43,571 bases of DNA from Verrucomicrobiota bacterium (GCA_039804425.1 JBDLWB010000049.1:1-43571); one strand, 5' to 3'. Shown: positions 32,559 to 42,985, counted from the stretch's first letter. The notes: generated from the letters alone by a model not told the origin. Numbers and translations are program-made.

Positions 32559-34355
32559 TTAGAAGCTCCAGACCATGGGGATAATGACGGAAGTCGCAAT
32601 CCAAGTCAGTAGATTCATGGGTAAGCCGATGCGAATGAAATCGCCAAACTTATAGCCACCAGGGCCGTAGACCATCATGTGTGTTTGATAGCCCATCGGC
32701 AGCATGAACGCGCAGGAAGCAGCGACGCAGATGCCGATGATGTAGGGCATGGGGCTGACACTCAGCGTTTTGGCAAGATTGATGACAATGGGTACCATCA
32801 TCAACGCGGTTGCATTGTTGGAAAGCACCTCTGTCAGAGTAATGGTCAGCAAAATGACTGCAGTGAGTGCGAAATACGGCAGCATGTCGGGAGTGGAAAA
32901 TTGCCGAGAAATGTTGACGAAAAGTTCTGCCAGGTATTTTGCTGTGCCTGTTTGATCCATGGCCATGCCCAAACCGAGCATGCCATAAAGCATAAAAATG
33001 ATGGCCCAGTCGACACCGGCGTAAGCTTCGCGCATGGTGACAATGCGCAGCCATAAAATCGCAACTGCTCCGATGAGGCTGGCGATGTGCATAGCGACTC
33101 CGGGGATCAGGGTTACACTGAGCACAACCGCCAAAAGCACGGCCCACGTCAGTGTTGCTTGAGAGCGCCAACCGGGTGCTGGCATCGAGTCTGCGCGGTC
33201 CGTGAGCACAAAATTGTCGCTATCCTGCAATGTGCGCAAATTGTTACGAGGCGTTAGAACAAGCAGGGTATCGCCATAATCAAGCTCCGTGGAGGCTAAG
33301 CTTTGCGTGATATTTTTTCCACTGCGGTGCACGGCGAGGACCACGCAGTTGTAACGCTGTCGGAAGTCCGTCGCGGCCAGCGTTTGATTCAGCAAATCGG
33401 ATTCTTCGGAAATCACCAACTCCGTCACAACGCCGTCGATTTTTGAGAGGGTTTGGATTCCTAAATTGGGTAGCAGTTCTTCGGCGGTGTTGACATTTTT
33501 TCTGCGTCCATGAATGCCGATCAAAAAGCGATCATTTGGTTCGATGACCAGTTGGTTGACTTGTGTCATCACACGCTCGCCGTTGCGGCGAATTTCCATG
33601 AGATGGATGCCGGATTTGGGGTCAAAAATGGGAGACTCCAGCAAACGCAGTCCGATGAGAGGAGAATCTCTTTCGACGAGAATGTGAAAGAGAGCACTGC
33701 TGCGTTGTTGATCATTGAGAACTCCGATCACCGAGCTGCGGTTGGGCAGAAGTTTAGGACCAAAGGCAATCACGTAGGCAAGACCGAGCACACTCATGGG
33801 GATGCCGATCCATGCGAGTTCGAACATACTGAGTGGAGGCAGTCCGTATTTTTCCAAAGCACCACTGACCACGATATTCGTCGATGTGCCAATCAACGTA
33901 CAACAGCCGCCGAGAATCGAGGCATAAGAAAGTGGGATCAGAAGTTTCGAGGCCGGAATGTCCTTCGAACGAGCTAGTCCGAGTGCGACCGGCAGCATGA
34001 TGGCGACAATTGCGGTATTGTTCATGAAGGCACTCAAGAAAGCCGAGGCACCGCAAAAAATCAGGAGTGTCGAGCGCAGGCCACCGCCTGCCATTTTTTC
34101 GATGATGCCGGCAATTTGGCGCACGCCTCCCGATTTTTCGAGAGCAGTTCCGATAATAAAGAGAGCACCGATGGTAAGGGGGGCTTCATTTTTGAAAACA
34201 TCAAGAATCGACTTCGAGTCCACCAGCCCGAGCAGAACTGTGGCGCAGAGAATGGTTAGCGCGATCAAATCCGCAGGAGCGATTTCTTTGATGAAAGCGT
34301 ACAAGGTTACCACGATGAGCAACAAGGTGAGGATAATGGGTGCGGAAAGTTCCAT
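32559..34355 (-). CDS. SLC13/DASS-type anion permease with two central TrkA-C (RCK_C) domains
   Basis: Start MELSAPIILTLLLIVVTLYAF (34355). Two multi-TM halves flank a soluble insert (FHILVERDSPLIGLRL...IEPNDRFLI and VVTELVISEESDLLNQTL...YGDTLLVL), which is typical of duplicated TrkA-C. Confidence 0.8.
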   Translation of the reverse strand: MELSAPIILTLLLIVVTLYAFIKEIAPADLIALTILCATVLLGLVDSKSILDVFKNEAPLTIGALFIIGTALEKSGGVRQIAGIIEKMAGGGLRSTLLIFCGASAFLSAFMNNTAIVAIMLPVALGLARSKDIPASKLLIPLSYASILGGCCTLIGTSTNIVVSGALEKYGLPPLSMFELAWIGIPMSVLGLAYVIAFGPKLLPNRSSVIGVLNDQQRSSALFHILVERDSPLIGLRLLESPIFDPKSGIHLMEIRRNGERVMTQVNQLVIEPNDRFLIGIHGRRKNVNTAEELLPNLGIQTLSKIDGVVTELVISEESDLLNQTLAATDFRQRYNCVVLAVHRSGKNITQSLASTELDYGDTLLVLTPRNNLRTLQDSDNFVLTDRADSMPAPGWRSQATLTWAVLLAVVLSVTLIPGVAMHIASLIGAVAILWLRIVTMREAYAGVDWAIIFMLYGMLGLGMAMDQTGTAKYLAELFVNISRQFSTPDMLPYFALTAVILLTITLTEVLSNNATALMMVPIVINLAKTLSVSPMPYIIGICVAASCAFMLPMGYQTHMMVYGPGGYKFGDFIRIGLPMNLLTWIATSVIIPMVWSF

Positions 34356-34543
34356 TGCGCCAGCTATTAGGGGCCAAGTCGAGGAAAAGACAAGCGCCGA
34401 TTCCGACAGCGAAGCTGCGAGTGAGAGAATTGGTCTGAAATCGGCAGTTGGCCCATGGCTCACTGAGGGCGACTAGCGCTCCTGGAGCAGGGTCGGGTTC
34501 ATTTTGAGTCGAGAGCAAAAGATCAAAGAGATGACACAAGGCG

Positions 34544-35254
34544 TCAGTTGGTCGGGTGCTGAAACAGAGCGAGCCAGCGATCGACTGATTTTCCCGGAGC
34601 ATCCGCTAAGGGTCGAGAAAGGGCATGGCGCATGTTCAGGCAGAGATGTCCGCCCAGGCTTTTCAGGGCGGCGAGCGCGAGTTCGTGTTCGCGATCAAAA
34701 TACGAAGTCAAGAACAGCCGACCTGAGGGCTTGAGTCGTGCCAGGGCGTGGCGAAAAATTTGATCCCAAATCGCAGGGGCATCCCAGAAATTCTGGTGGC
34801 GCAGGAAAATGACATCAAATGGCTCACTCGGCCACTCTTGGGAGATGGAGGCATCTGCGACGCGGAATTCCACCCGACCTTGCGGTCGCCATGAGTGAGT
34901 CCAGCGACGGCGTGCTTCGTCGATTTCGCGCGGGCGAAGGTCCATTCCGAGATAAAAGCCTGCGGTGTCGGGCCAGGCGAGGGTTTCTAGTAAAACACCC
35001 GTTTCATCAGCCCGGCCACAGGCGACATTGAGCATGTTGGGTTGTTGCCACGGTGGGAGAGAAAGCAGCTGCATCGACTGCTGAAGCAGCCGTTTCAAGC
35101 GTTGCGCATCCTCGGCATTGCCATCGAAGGAAAACGGCATCGCAGGGTTCACAGGCGGCATGCGAGGAGCATAAACGCATGAAATCGGGGTGCGAAAGCT
35201 CAAATCACTTGAAATTTCAGAGAAATCAAGAAAACGGCGAATTGGGCTTGTCAA
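34544..35254 (-). CDS. Class I SAM-dependent methyltransferase
   Basis: Motif I LNVACGRADETGVL, then LGMDL (motif II) and FDVIFLRHQNFW (motif III/IV-like). About 70-aa N-terminal extension of unknown function. Confidence 0.65.
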   Translation of the reverse strand: MTSPIRRFLDFSEISSDLSFRTPISCVYAPRMPPVNPAMPFSFDGNAEDAQRLKRLLQQSMQLLSLPPWQQPNMLNVACGRADETGVLLETLAWPDTAGFYLGMDLRPREIDEARRRWTHSWRPQGRVEFRVADASISQEWPSEPFDVIFLRHQNFWDAPAIWDQIFRHALARLKPSGRLFLTSYFDREHELALAALKSLGGHLCLNMRHALSRPLADAPGKSVDRWLALFQHPTN

Positions 35255-35305
35255 CAGTCACAAAAATGGGAACATTGTGGCAGTTAATTCACGGACAATC
35301 ACCCT

Positions 35306-36403
35306 ATGAAATTTCGTATCTCCAAAGAAGCTCTTCTCGAAGGTTTGCAAAAAGTGCAACACGTTGTCAGCAGTCGCACGACATTGCCAATCTTGTCGAA
35401 TGTATTAATCGTGGCCAAAGGGGATCGCTTGCAGTTCACGACGACCGACCTTGATGTTGGTATCACAGGTTCCGTTCTTTGCAATGTCGACAAAGAAGGA
35501 GCCACCACCTTGCCTGCGAAAAAGATTGTCAACATTGTGCGCGAGCTTCCCTCCAGCGAAGTAGAAGTGACGGTTGATAGCAAGCATGTTGCGACCATCG
35601 TCAGTGGTGCGGCTACCTTCAAAGTGAATGGTTTGAGCGACTCGGAGTTTCCTCCGTTTCCGGATTTTCAAGGCGCTAAGGAGTTTACGATTTTACAAGA
35701 CGATTTGCGCGACGGCTTGAAAAAAACTTCGTATGCGATCAGCAATGACGAGACTCGCTATGTGTTGAACGGCATTTATACTTCCTTCCGCAATGGCAAA
35801 ATGACCTTGGTGGCCACGGACGGCCGTCGTTTGGCGATGGCCGAGAGTGATCTCGAGTTCCCGCCATCGCATGAAACCGACGTGATCATTCCAACAAAGG
35901 CTGTGCAAGAGCTGCAGCGTTTGCTGGGCACGGAAGGTGATCTCAAAATGCGCCTCAGCGAAAATCAAGTGTCCATTTCCATTGGGGATTCCTTGCTGGT
36001 CAGCAAATTGATTGAGGGCAACTACCCGAATTACCGCCAGGTCATTCCGAGCGATGCGAACGAGCGTGTGGAATTGCCGCGTGAAGCGCTGCTTGACACC
36101 GTGCGTCGTGTGTCGCTCTTGTCCTCCGATAAATCGAGCTCCGTAAAACTGTTTTTCGCCGACAACAAAGTCGACATTTCCGCGACATCGCCCGATATCG
36201 GTGAGGCTCGTGAAGAAATGTTGGTCAAGTATGAAGCCAAGCCGATTCAGGTGGCGTTCAATCCCGAATTCATGATGGCTCCCTTGCGCAACTTGGAAAC
36301 TGAGACGGTATATCTTGATTTGATCGATGAAATGAGCCCTGGCGTGATTCGCATCGACGGTTCATTCCTTTACGTGCTGATGCCGATGCGTGTGACGGCG
36401 TAA
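35306..36403 (+). CDS. dnaN: DNA polymerase III subunit beta (sliding clamp)
   Basis: MKFRISKEALLEGLQKVQHVVSSRTTLPILSNVLI..., TRYVLNGI, LVATDGRRLA, GNYPNYRQVIP, 365 aa. Confidence 0.95.
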   Translation: MKFRISKEALLEGLQKVQHVVSSRTTLPILSNVLIVAKGDRLQFTTTDLDVGITGSVLCNVDKEGATTLPAKKIVNIVRELPSSEVEVTVDSKHVATIVSGAATFKVNGLSDSEFPPFPDFQGAKEFTILQDDLRDGLKKTSYAISNDETRYVLNGIYTSFRNGKMTLVATDGRRLAMAESDLEFPPSHETDVIIPTKAVQELQRLLGTEGDLKMRLSENQVSISIGDSLLVSKLIEGNYPNYRQVIPSDANERVELPREALLDTVRRVSLLSSDKSSSVKLFFADNKVDISATSPDIGEAREEMLVKYEAKPIQVAFNPEFMMAPLRNLETETVYLDLIDEMSPGVIRIDGSFLYVLMPMRVTA

Positions 36404-36422
36404 CGATTTCCTTACCTGATAC

Positions 36423-36459
36423 GACGCGCTTGCCCTTTGGGTGAGCGCGTCATTTTTTT
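36423..36459 (+). terminator. Rho-independent terminator downstream of dnaN
   Basis: Stem gacgcgct (36423-36430) pairs with agcgcgtc (36444-36451), with a 13-nt loop, followed by a T7 run (36453-36459). Confidence 0.75.
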
Positions 36460-36526
36460 GCATTTTTCCCCGTAAAATATCCTTTTTCGGTTGTCAGACA
36501 AATCGTGATCTGGCACGGTGATTGGC

Positions 36527-37885
36527 ATGACAGATATGAATCAGCAGGGCAATTGGTGGAGCGGATTGAATCGCTATCAAAAGCTCGTTTTCGCAGTGGC
36601 GACATTGGCGTGGATGTTCGATTGCCTTGATCAGCAATTATTCAATCTGGCGCGCACTCCGGCGCTGAATCAATTGATGAAAGATGCTGATCCTGCATTG
36701 ATCAAAAAAATGGCGGGCTACATGACCTCCGTATTTGTTCTGGGCTGGGCGACAGGGGGGATGATCTTTGGTTCGCTAGGTGACCGATATGGTCGGGCGA
36801 AAATGCTAGGCATTACGGTCATGCTGTATTCTGTGGCGACAGGATTGTCTGCATTAGCGACGGGATTGTTCGATTTTGGTGTCTATCGATTTTTGACGGG
36901 TTTGGGAGTTGGTGGAGTCTTTGGTTTGGCTGTGGCTCTGGTTTCTGACACCTTGACGCACGAAGCGCGTCCGCGCGCGCTCGGAGTCTTGCAGTCATTT
37001 TCTGCGGTGGGCAACGTGCTAGCAGGTTTCATTGGTTTGGGCGTATGGGCGATGCAAGCGGGACCGGGGCATTGGAAATGGCTGTTTTGCATAGGTGCCT
37101 TGCCCGCTTTGTTGACGGCGACGATTCAAATGCGCTTGAAAGAGCCTGAGGCATGGGTGAAGGCTCGTGACAAAGCAACAGCCGAGGGGCGGAAGGCTGG
37201 TTCGTATCGTGATTTGTTCCGTCACCCCGTTTGGAGAAAGCATGCGATTCTCGGCATGTTGCTGTCTTGTGCGGGCGTGATCGGTCTTTGGGGCATTGGT
37301 GTGTTTTCGACGGATATGGTCGGCGATATCATTGCCAACAACCTCAAAGCCTCAGGAGTCGCTGAAGCAGAAGTAGCATCAGGTAAGCAGAAGTGGATGT
37401 CGATCAACCTACTCTGTTTCAACGCCGGCGCATTCCTCGGCATGCTTGCCTTTACTCGAGTGGCGGTGAAAGTGGGACGTCGCACGGCCTTCGCCGTCTT
37501 TTTCACCTGCGCCGCAGTGGTGACGGTGTTTGTCTTCCAAAAACTCCAGACCACCACGGATGTGCTGTGGATGGCTCCGCTTATGGGCTTTTTCCAATTG
37601 TCGGTATTTGCCGGTTTTTCGATCTACCTCGCCGAGCTTTTCCCCACCAGCCTGCGTTCGACGGGAGTTTCGTTTTGCTACAACGTCGGTCGCTACTTGG
37701 CCGCTGCGGGCCCCTTGACCCTAGGAGCACTGTCGGCGGAAATGGCGAAAAACGCGCCAACCGTCGAGCTGAAGATCGACGCCTTTCGCGATGCCGCATC
37801 GTGGATGTGTTTGATTTTCCTCGTGGGAGTGTTGGTCCTACCCTTCCTTCCTGAGACCAAAGGTAAGCCCTTGCCAGAAGATTGA
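36527..37885 (+). CDS. MFS transporter
   Basis: About 12 TM helices. MFS motif A GSLGDRYGRAK between TM2 and TM3. ATG at 36527 (GTG 36518 in the track). Confidence 0.85.
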   Translation: MTDMNQQGNWWSGLNRYQKLVFAVATLAWMFDCLDQQLFNLARTPALNQLMKDADPALIKKMAGYMTSVFVLGWATGGMIFGSLGDRYGRAKMLGITVMLYSVATGLSALATGLFDFGVYRFLTGLGVGGVFGLAVALVSDTLTHEARPRALGVLQSFSAVGNVLAGFIGLGVWAMQAGPGHWKWLFCIGALPALLTATIQMRLKEPEAWVKARDKATAEGRKAGSYRDLFRHPVWRKHAILGMLLSCAGVIGLWGIGVFSTDMVGDIIANNLKASGVAEAEVASGKQKWMSINLLCFNAGAFLGMLAFTRVAVKVGRRTAFAVFFTCAAVVTVFVFQKLQTTTDVLWMAPLMGFFQLSVFAGFSIYLAELFPTSLRSTGVSFCYNVGRYLAAAGPLTLGALSAEMAKNAPTVELKIDAFRDAASWMCLIFLVGVLVLPFLPETKGKPLPED

Positions 37886-37896
37886 TTGAGATCGAT

Positions 37897-38250
37897 ATGG
37901 TTTTTTACGGATATCGCAAGTGCTCCACCTGTCGGCAAGCGCAGCAATTTCTGCGTGAGCGAGGGCTAGAGGTACCAATGGTGGAGATTCGCGACACACC
38001 ACCGACTGTCGCGGAACTGCAATTGGCGCTGAAACTACTGGGTGGTCAGCGCAAGTCGCTGCTTAACACCGCTGGTGCGGAATTTCGTGCGATGGGTTTG
38101 AAGGAAAAGCTCGATGCTCTGAGCGACGAAGAAATTTTCTCGCTGATTCAGCAACAGGGGAACCTCTGCAAACGGCCGTTTTTGCTCGATGAAGCGAAAG
38201 GAGTCGTCCTCACAGGCTTTCGCCAAGATGAGTGGCAGAAAGCTCTGTGA
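37897..38250 (+). CDS. ArsC/Spx/MgsR-family protein (YffB-like)
   Basis: MVFYGYRKCSTCRQAQQFL start with the family's N-terminal Cys motif, plus the KRPFLL block. About 117 aa. It starts 12 nt after the MFS stop. Confidence 0.8.
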   Translation: MVFYGYRKCSTCRQAQQFLRERGLEVPMVEIRDTPPTVAELQLALKLLGGQRKSLLNTAGAEFRAMGLKEKLDALSDEEIFSLIQQQGNLCKRPFLLDEAKGVVLTGFRQDEWQKAL

Positions 38251-38269
38251 GAAATCTGACGAAATCCTC

Positions 38270-39721
38270 TTAGGCGAGGATGTCCTTGATCACCTTGGCA
38301 GGTAGCACACCCGTGAGGCGGTTATCGAGACCTTGGTATTTGTAGCTCAAGCGTAGGTGATCGATGCCCAACTGGTTCAAGATGGTGGCATGCAAATCGC
38401 GCACGTGCATTTCGCCCGAGAGAATGTTGAAGGACATTTCGTCGGTTTCACCGTAGTTGAAGCCTGGCTTGATGCCGCCGCCTGCCATCCAGATTGAGAA
38501 GGCGCGGGGGTGGTGGTCACGTCCGTAGTTTGTTTGTGTTAGTGTGCCTTGTGAGTAGGCCGTGCGACCGAACTCTCCGCCCCAGATGACGAGAGTGTCA
38601 TCGAGCATGCCGCGTTGTTTCAAGTCTTGGATCAGACCGTAGCAGCCTTGGTCGATGTCACGGCATTGTGCCGCAATGTCGTGCGGGAGGTTGCCGTGCT
38701 GGTCCCAGCCGCGATGGAAAATTTGGACAAAGCGAACTCCGCGTTCGAGCAGTCGGCGCGCCATCATTGTCGAGCTCGCAAAGGTTCCAGGCTTGCGCGA
38801 GTCAGGACCGTAAAGTTCATAAGTCGCTTCTGATTCTCGGCTGAGGTCCGAAAGCTCAGGAACGCTGGCTTGCATGCGGAAGGCCATTTCATACTGCTGA
38901 ATGCGCGTCTGAATTTCAGGATCGCCCACGGCTTCGTAGGATTTTTGATTCATGGCAGCGAGGCCATCGAGCATCTTGCGGCGGATTTCTCTGGGAACAC
39001 CGGGTGAGTCTTGCAAGAACAACACGGGGTCGCCCGCGGAACGCAGCGCTACGCCGGCATACTTGCCGGGCAAGAAAGCCGATCCCCACAGACGCGAAGA
39101 AATCGCTTGCACGTTCGATCCTGGATTCGAGTGCGAGGCGTGAAGCACCACAAAGGTCGGCAGGTCCTGATTCATCGAGCCAAGACCGTAAGACAGCCAT
39201 GATCCGATCGAGGCTTTGCCGCCGACCATGTTGCCGGTATACATCAATTGGTTCGCCGGTTCGTGATTGATCGCGTCGGTATGCATCGAGCGAATCACGC
39301 AGATGTCATCAGCCATTTTAGCGGTCCAGGGCAGCAATTCCGAAATCCAAGTGCCAGCTTTGCCGTGTTGGGCAAACTTGTAGATCGACGGGGCCGCAGG
39401 GAATTTGGATTGGCCTGCGGTCATGCCCGTGAGACGTTGGCCTGACGCTTGCAAAAATCCTTTGAGGTCCTTGTTGAATTCAACCTTGGGTTTGTAGTCA
39501 AAGGTTTCGAACTGCGACGGGGCGCCGATCATCGAAAGATAAATTGCGCGTTTCGCCTTGGGGGCAAACTGGGCCAGTGCTGGCGGGATTTCTCCTGTCG
39601 CAGCGCCCATGGCGTCTTGCCCCAGCAGAGAGGCGAGAGCCGCATAGCCGAGACCCGTGGCGTTTTTACGGAAAAATTGGCGCCGTGTGACGGCCGAGTT
39701 GAAAAGTTCAATGTCGTTCAT
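38270..39721 (-). CDS. DUF1501 domain-containing protein (sulfatase/alkaline-phosphatase-fold, TAT-exported)
   Basis: Twin-arginine signal [23 protein letters not shown]. Blocks [40 protein letters not shown] and GRDHHP are typical of DUF1501. Confidence 0.85.
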   Translation of the reverse strand: MNDIELFNSAVTRRQFFRKNATGLGYAALASLLGQDAMGAATGEIPPALAQFAPKAKRAIYLSMIGAPSQFETFDYKPKVEFNKDLKGFLQASGQRLTGMTAGQSKFPAAPSIYKFAQHGKAGTWISELLPWTAKMADDICVIRSMHTDAINHEPANQLMYTGNMVGGKASIGSWLSYGLGSMNQDLPTFVVLHASHSNPGSNVQAISSRLWGSAFLPGKYAGVALRSAGDPVLFLQDSPGVPREIRRKMLDGLAAMNQKSYEAVGDPEIQTRIQQYEMAFRMQASVPELSDLSRESEATYELYGPDSRKPGTFASSTMMARRLLERGVRFVQIFHRGWDQHGNLPHDIAAQCRDIDQGCYGLIQDLKQRGMLDDTLVIWGGEFGRTAYSQGTLTQTNYGRDHHPRAFSIWMAGGGIKPGFNYGETDEMSFNILSGEMHVRDLHATILNQLGIDHLRLSYKYQGLDNRLTGVLPAKVIKDILA

Positions 39722-39739
39722 GGTCGTGAGAAAAAATGG

Positions 39740-42700
39740 TTACTTGGTGAGAGCTTCATCGAGGTTGAACAATTGGCTGGTTACCACCGTCCAAGCGGCC
39801 AATTCCGCAGCGGGTAGGCTGGCATCCGGCTTGGTAGAGCCAATGCTAATCAGCTTCATCGCGTCGTCGGCTTTGGTCTGGTAGTGATCCAGTGAGGACT
39901 TCAGTGTTTCTTGCATGGTGGCAACTTCTTCGTTCGCAAGCGGACGAGCGAGAATGCGCTCGGCAATGAATTGCAGTCGCTGTGTGGCATCGGACGATTG
40001 CTTCATCGACAACTGCGCGAGCTGTCGGTAGCCCTCGACAAATTGTGGGTCATTGAGCGTCACAAAAGCCTGCAAGGGAGTATTGCTGATTTCTCGGCGG
40101 ACGCAGAACAATTCGCGAGAGGGGGCATTGAGAATTTCCATGCTTGGTGGCGGCGCGGTGCGTTTCCACAAGGTATACATCGAGCGGCGATAGAGTTTGT
40201 CACCGGAGTCTTGTTGATACACACGAGTGTTTGATTCTGGCATCGCTACCGCTTCCCAGATGCCGGTAGGTTGATAAGGCTTCACCGATGGTCCGCCGAC
40301 CACTGGGGTGAGCAGTTCGGCTTGTTTGAGGATGGTGTCGCGCAGCGGTTCGGCCTCTAAGCGGAAACGTGGCGCACGGGCGAGGAGACGGTTGAGCGGA
40401 TCTCGTTCTAGCTTTTCCTTGCTGATGGTGCTCGATTGACGATAGGTCGCAGAAGTGACCATGAGTTTCGCCATGTGGCGATAATTCCAACCGGAATCCA
40501 TGAACTCCACAGCGAGCCAATCAAGCAATTTCGGATGTGTGGGGCGAGCGCCCATGATACCGAAGTCCTCCACGGTTTCGACAATGCCGGTGCCAAAGAT
40601 GTAACCCCAGAGTCGGTTCATCGTGACGCGTCCGACGAGAGGATTTTTCTTATCCACCAGCCACATGCCGAGGCCGAGACGATTTTTCGGCATATCAGCC
40701 GTCATCGGATGCAGCACCTTCGGTACGCCGACACCGACTTTCTCTCCTTTGTCCGAATAGGAACCGCGGTTGAGAACGTGCGCAAACGGCTCTTGCTTTG
40801 GTTTTTCCTGCATGATCAAAGTCATGGCACCACGCGCCTTCAGCGATTCAAATTCCTGACGGAGTTTGACCATGCTCTCGCGCAATTGTTTCGTTTTTGG
40901 GTCGTGTTGATCGAGATAATACTGAAACAATGCCTTTTGCTGTTCCGGCGTACGACGGTCCGCAGCGATGGCGAGAATGTTTTGCATGGGGGCACGATTG
41001 GCGAGATTCGCCACATCTTGGGCAGAAAGCGCTCGTTGATAGATGCGCAGATCTTGCAATGCGGTAGTGGCGCTGAGGTTACTGCCGCCTGTGCGCGCGC
41101 CGATGGTGAAAGGCACGGCCGTTTGGATATTCGGTCCGACCCCTTTTGCGCTGTAAGTTTGTGCTGCGGGTTTGCCATTGATGTAAATGGTGATCAATTG
41201 ATCCGAAGGTTTCGAGCCATCGCAGACAACCGCGACATGATGCCATTTGCCGGGAGCGAGTGCTTCATTCGCCAAAGCCTTCGTGCCAGCGTTCGTCCAA
41301 TTGTCGACGATGTGCATCGAAGGTCTGCCACTTTCTAACCAAAAATCCCAACCACGATAGTCTTCTGCATGATTCATGCGAGCGAAAACAGCACCGTTGG
41401 GTTGACCTTCGACGTAGAGGAAAGTCGAGTAAGAAAACGAATCCGAGCGTTTGAAATTGCCGATGTCACCGACATTGAGTACTTGGGCATTGGCGACAAG
41501 CGCGTGACCATTCGGGCCGGGGCGGCGCTGAACGGTCGCTGCATTTTCATAGGGCTTGCCGAGCAATGTGCCGCGCACTGGGCCCTCGGATTCATTCAGA
41601 GGCAGATAAAATACCAAAGTAGGATCAGGAGACTCGGGAGATGGGGCTGGTTGAGAGGCTGACCAAGCATTGAAATCTGCTTGCGCATGTTTCGCGCGAT
41701 CAGCGAGTTGTTTTTCTTCAGCGGCCAGTTGTTTTTCAATTTGCGCCATGCGAGGCCGATCGGCGAGTGCCGGGGCGAACATGCTGGGCGGATGCTGCGC
41801 GTTGTTGCCATCCAGAGCCGACATTGGAGTATTGCGGAAGAAGGCGGTCATTTGATAAAATTCCTTCTGCGAGACGGGATCGAATTTGTGATCGTGGCAG
41901 GCAGCGCATTGTGTCGACAGACCCAGCCAAAGAGCTGATGCATTGGCCACTTGGTCGCCCGCGTAAATGGCATAGTATTCTTCGGCAATCGCGCCACCCT
42001 CTCCCGTAGTGGGCATGCAGCGAGCATAGCCGGTGGCAATTTTTTGTTCGAGCGACGGCTTAGGCAGAAGGTCGCCACCCAGCTGCTCGATGGTGAACTT
42101 GTCCCAAGGCTTGTTGTCTTTGAAGGCCTGAATCACCCAATCGCGGTAGGGCCAGATCGAGCGGTAGTTGTCAAAGTGAATGCCATGGGTGTCGCCATAG
42201 CGTACGGCATCGAGCCACTGGCGAGCGAAATGTTCGGCGCCTTCGGTCGATGCAAGCATGCGATCTGCGGCTTCGGCGATGGCTTTATCGGCATCGAGAA
42301 CGAAGGCATTTTCAAAAGCTGCGAGATCCTTGGGCGAGGGAGGTAGGCCGGTGAGGTCGTAGCTGAGACGACGGAAAAGTCGGCGTGGCGACTCTGTGGC
42401 ATTGGGAGCCAACTTCTCCTGTTCCAGGCGAGCGAGAACAAAGGCATCGATGGGATTTTTAACCCAGTCCTGCTTTTGCACGGTCGGCAGTTCAGCCTTC
42501 GCGGGCGGGATGAAAGACCAGTGCTCTTCATACTTAGCACCTTGTTCGATCCATTTTTCGAGTAGGGCGAGTTGGCGTGGAGAAATCTCTTTATGCGCCT
42601 CAGGTGGTGGCATGCGGAGGTCGGGATCCGTTTCTTTGATGAACTGGATCATCGTCGAGTTTTTGGGGTCGCCGGGTTTGATGACTTCGAGGCCATCTTC

Positions 42701-42985
42701 GCGTTTGGCAAAAGCGTATTCCGGTCGATCGAGACGCAACGGCTCCTTTTTCGGCTCGCGCGTGCTGGAGTCGGGACCGTGGCAATGAAAGCAAGTATCG
42801 GCCAAAATGGGTTGAATGTGTTCATTGAAAGAGACCACCTCTGGGAGATTGGAGGTGGAATCTGTTGCCGCTGCCACAGTAGTTTCAGCAGGCTGCTCGT
42901 TTTTTGCGTGAGCTGATGTCTGTTTGGAACAGGCTGTCAGCGCCACGGAAGCGATGAGCAAGAAAAGAGTCTGGGTGAGTTTCAT
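39740..42985 (-). CDS. PSCyt1 / PSCyt2 (DUF1549) / LamG / PSD1 (DUF1553) multidomain lipoprotein
   Basis: Lipoprotein signal MKLTQTLFLLIASVALTAC (ATG at 42985). CFHCH heme-type motif at 42779-42793. DUF1549 blocks NPIDAFVLARLE and LSYDLTGLPPSP. Second motif CAACHDHKFDP at 41894-41908. LamG-like insert (KWHHVAVVCDG...IYINGK...LRIYQRALSAQDV). C-terminal DUF1553 blocks (MNRLWGYIFG, RRSMYT.WKR). Confidence 0.85.
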   Translation of the reverse strand: MKLTQTLFLLIASVALTACSKQTSAHAKNEQPAETTVAAATDSTSNLPEVVSFNEHIQPILADTCFHCHGPDSSTREPKKEPLRLDRPEYAFAKREDGLEVIKPGDPKNSTMIQFIKETDPDLRMPPPEAHKEISPRQLALLEKWIEQGAKYEEHWSFIPPAKAELPTVQKQDWVKNPIDAFVLARLEQEKLAPNATESPRRLFRRLSYDLTGLPPSPKDLAAFENAFVLDADKAIAEAADRMLASTEGAEHFARQWLDAVRYGDTHGIHFDNYRSIWPYRDWVIQAFKDNKPWDKFTIEQLGGDLLPKPSLEQKIATGYARCMPTTGEGGAIAEEYYAIYAGDQVANASALWLGLSTQCAACHDHKFDPVSQKEFYQMTAFFRNTPMSALDGNNAQHPPSMFAPALADRPRMAQIEKQLAAEEKQLADRAKHAQADFNAWSASQPAPSPESPDPTLVFYLPLNESEGPVRGTLLGKPYENAATVQRRPGPNGHALVANAQVLNVGDIGNFKRSDSFSYSTFLYVEGQPNGAVFARMNHAEDYRGWDFWLESGRPSMHIVDNWTNAGTKALANEALAPGKWHHVAVVCDGSKPSDQLITIYINGKPAAQTYSAKGVGPNIQTAVPFTIGARTGGSNLSATTALQDLRIYQRALSAQDVANLANRAPMQNILAIAADRRTPEQQKALFQYYLDQHDPKTKQLRESMVKLRQEFESLKARGAMTLIMQEKPKQEPFAHVLNRGSYSDKGEKVGVGVPKVLHPMTADMPKNRLGLGMWLVDKKNPLVGRVTMNRLWGYIFGTGIVETVEDFGIMGARPTHPKLLDWLAVEFMDSGWNYRHMAKLMVTSATYRQSSTISKEKLERDPLNRLLARAPRFRLEAEPLRDTILKQAELLTPVVGGPSVKPYQPTGIWEAVAMPESNTRVYQQDSGDKLYRRSMYTLWKRTAPPPSMEILNAPSRELFCVRREISNTPLQAFVTLNDPQFVEGYRQLAQLSMKQSSDATQRLQFIAERILARPLANEEVATMQETLKSSLDHYQTKADDAMKLISIGSTKPDASLPAAELAAWTVVTSQLFNLDEALTK

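Noticed and set aside
32650-33171. 173-aa alternative-frame ORF on the same strand inside the SLC13 permease gene
   Set aside because: The main frame encodes continuous TM helices typical of the family. The alternative frame is His/Arg-rich with no features, and there is no slippery site or other evidence for frameshifting.
35255-35305. Possible replication origin or DnaA boxes upstream of dnaN
   Set aside because: No TTATCCACA-like nonamer is present in this 51-nt gap. The only near match I saw (ttatccacc near 40650) lies inside a CDS. There is no AT-rich unwinding element.
40436-41338. 300-aa ORF on the + strand inside the PSD1-family gene
   Set aside because: It is entirely antisense to a strongly supported 1081-aa CDS. 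The translation is Arg/His/Ser-rich with no recognisable motif, which is typical of a shadow ORF.
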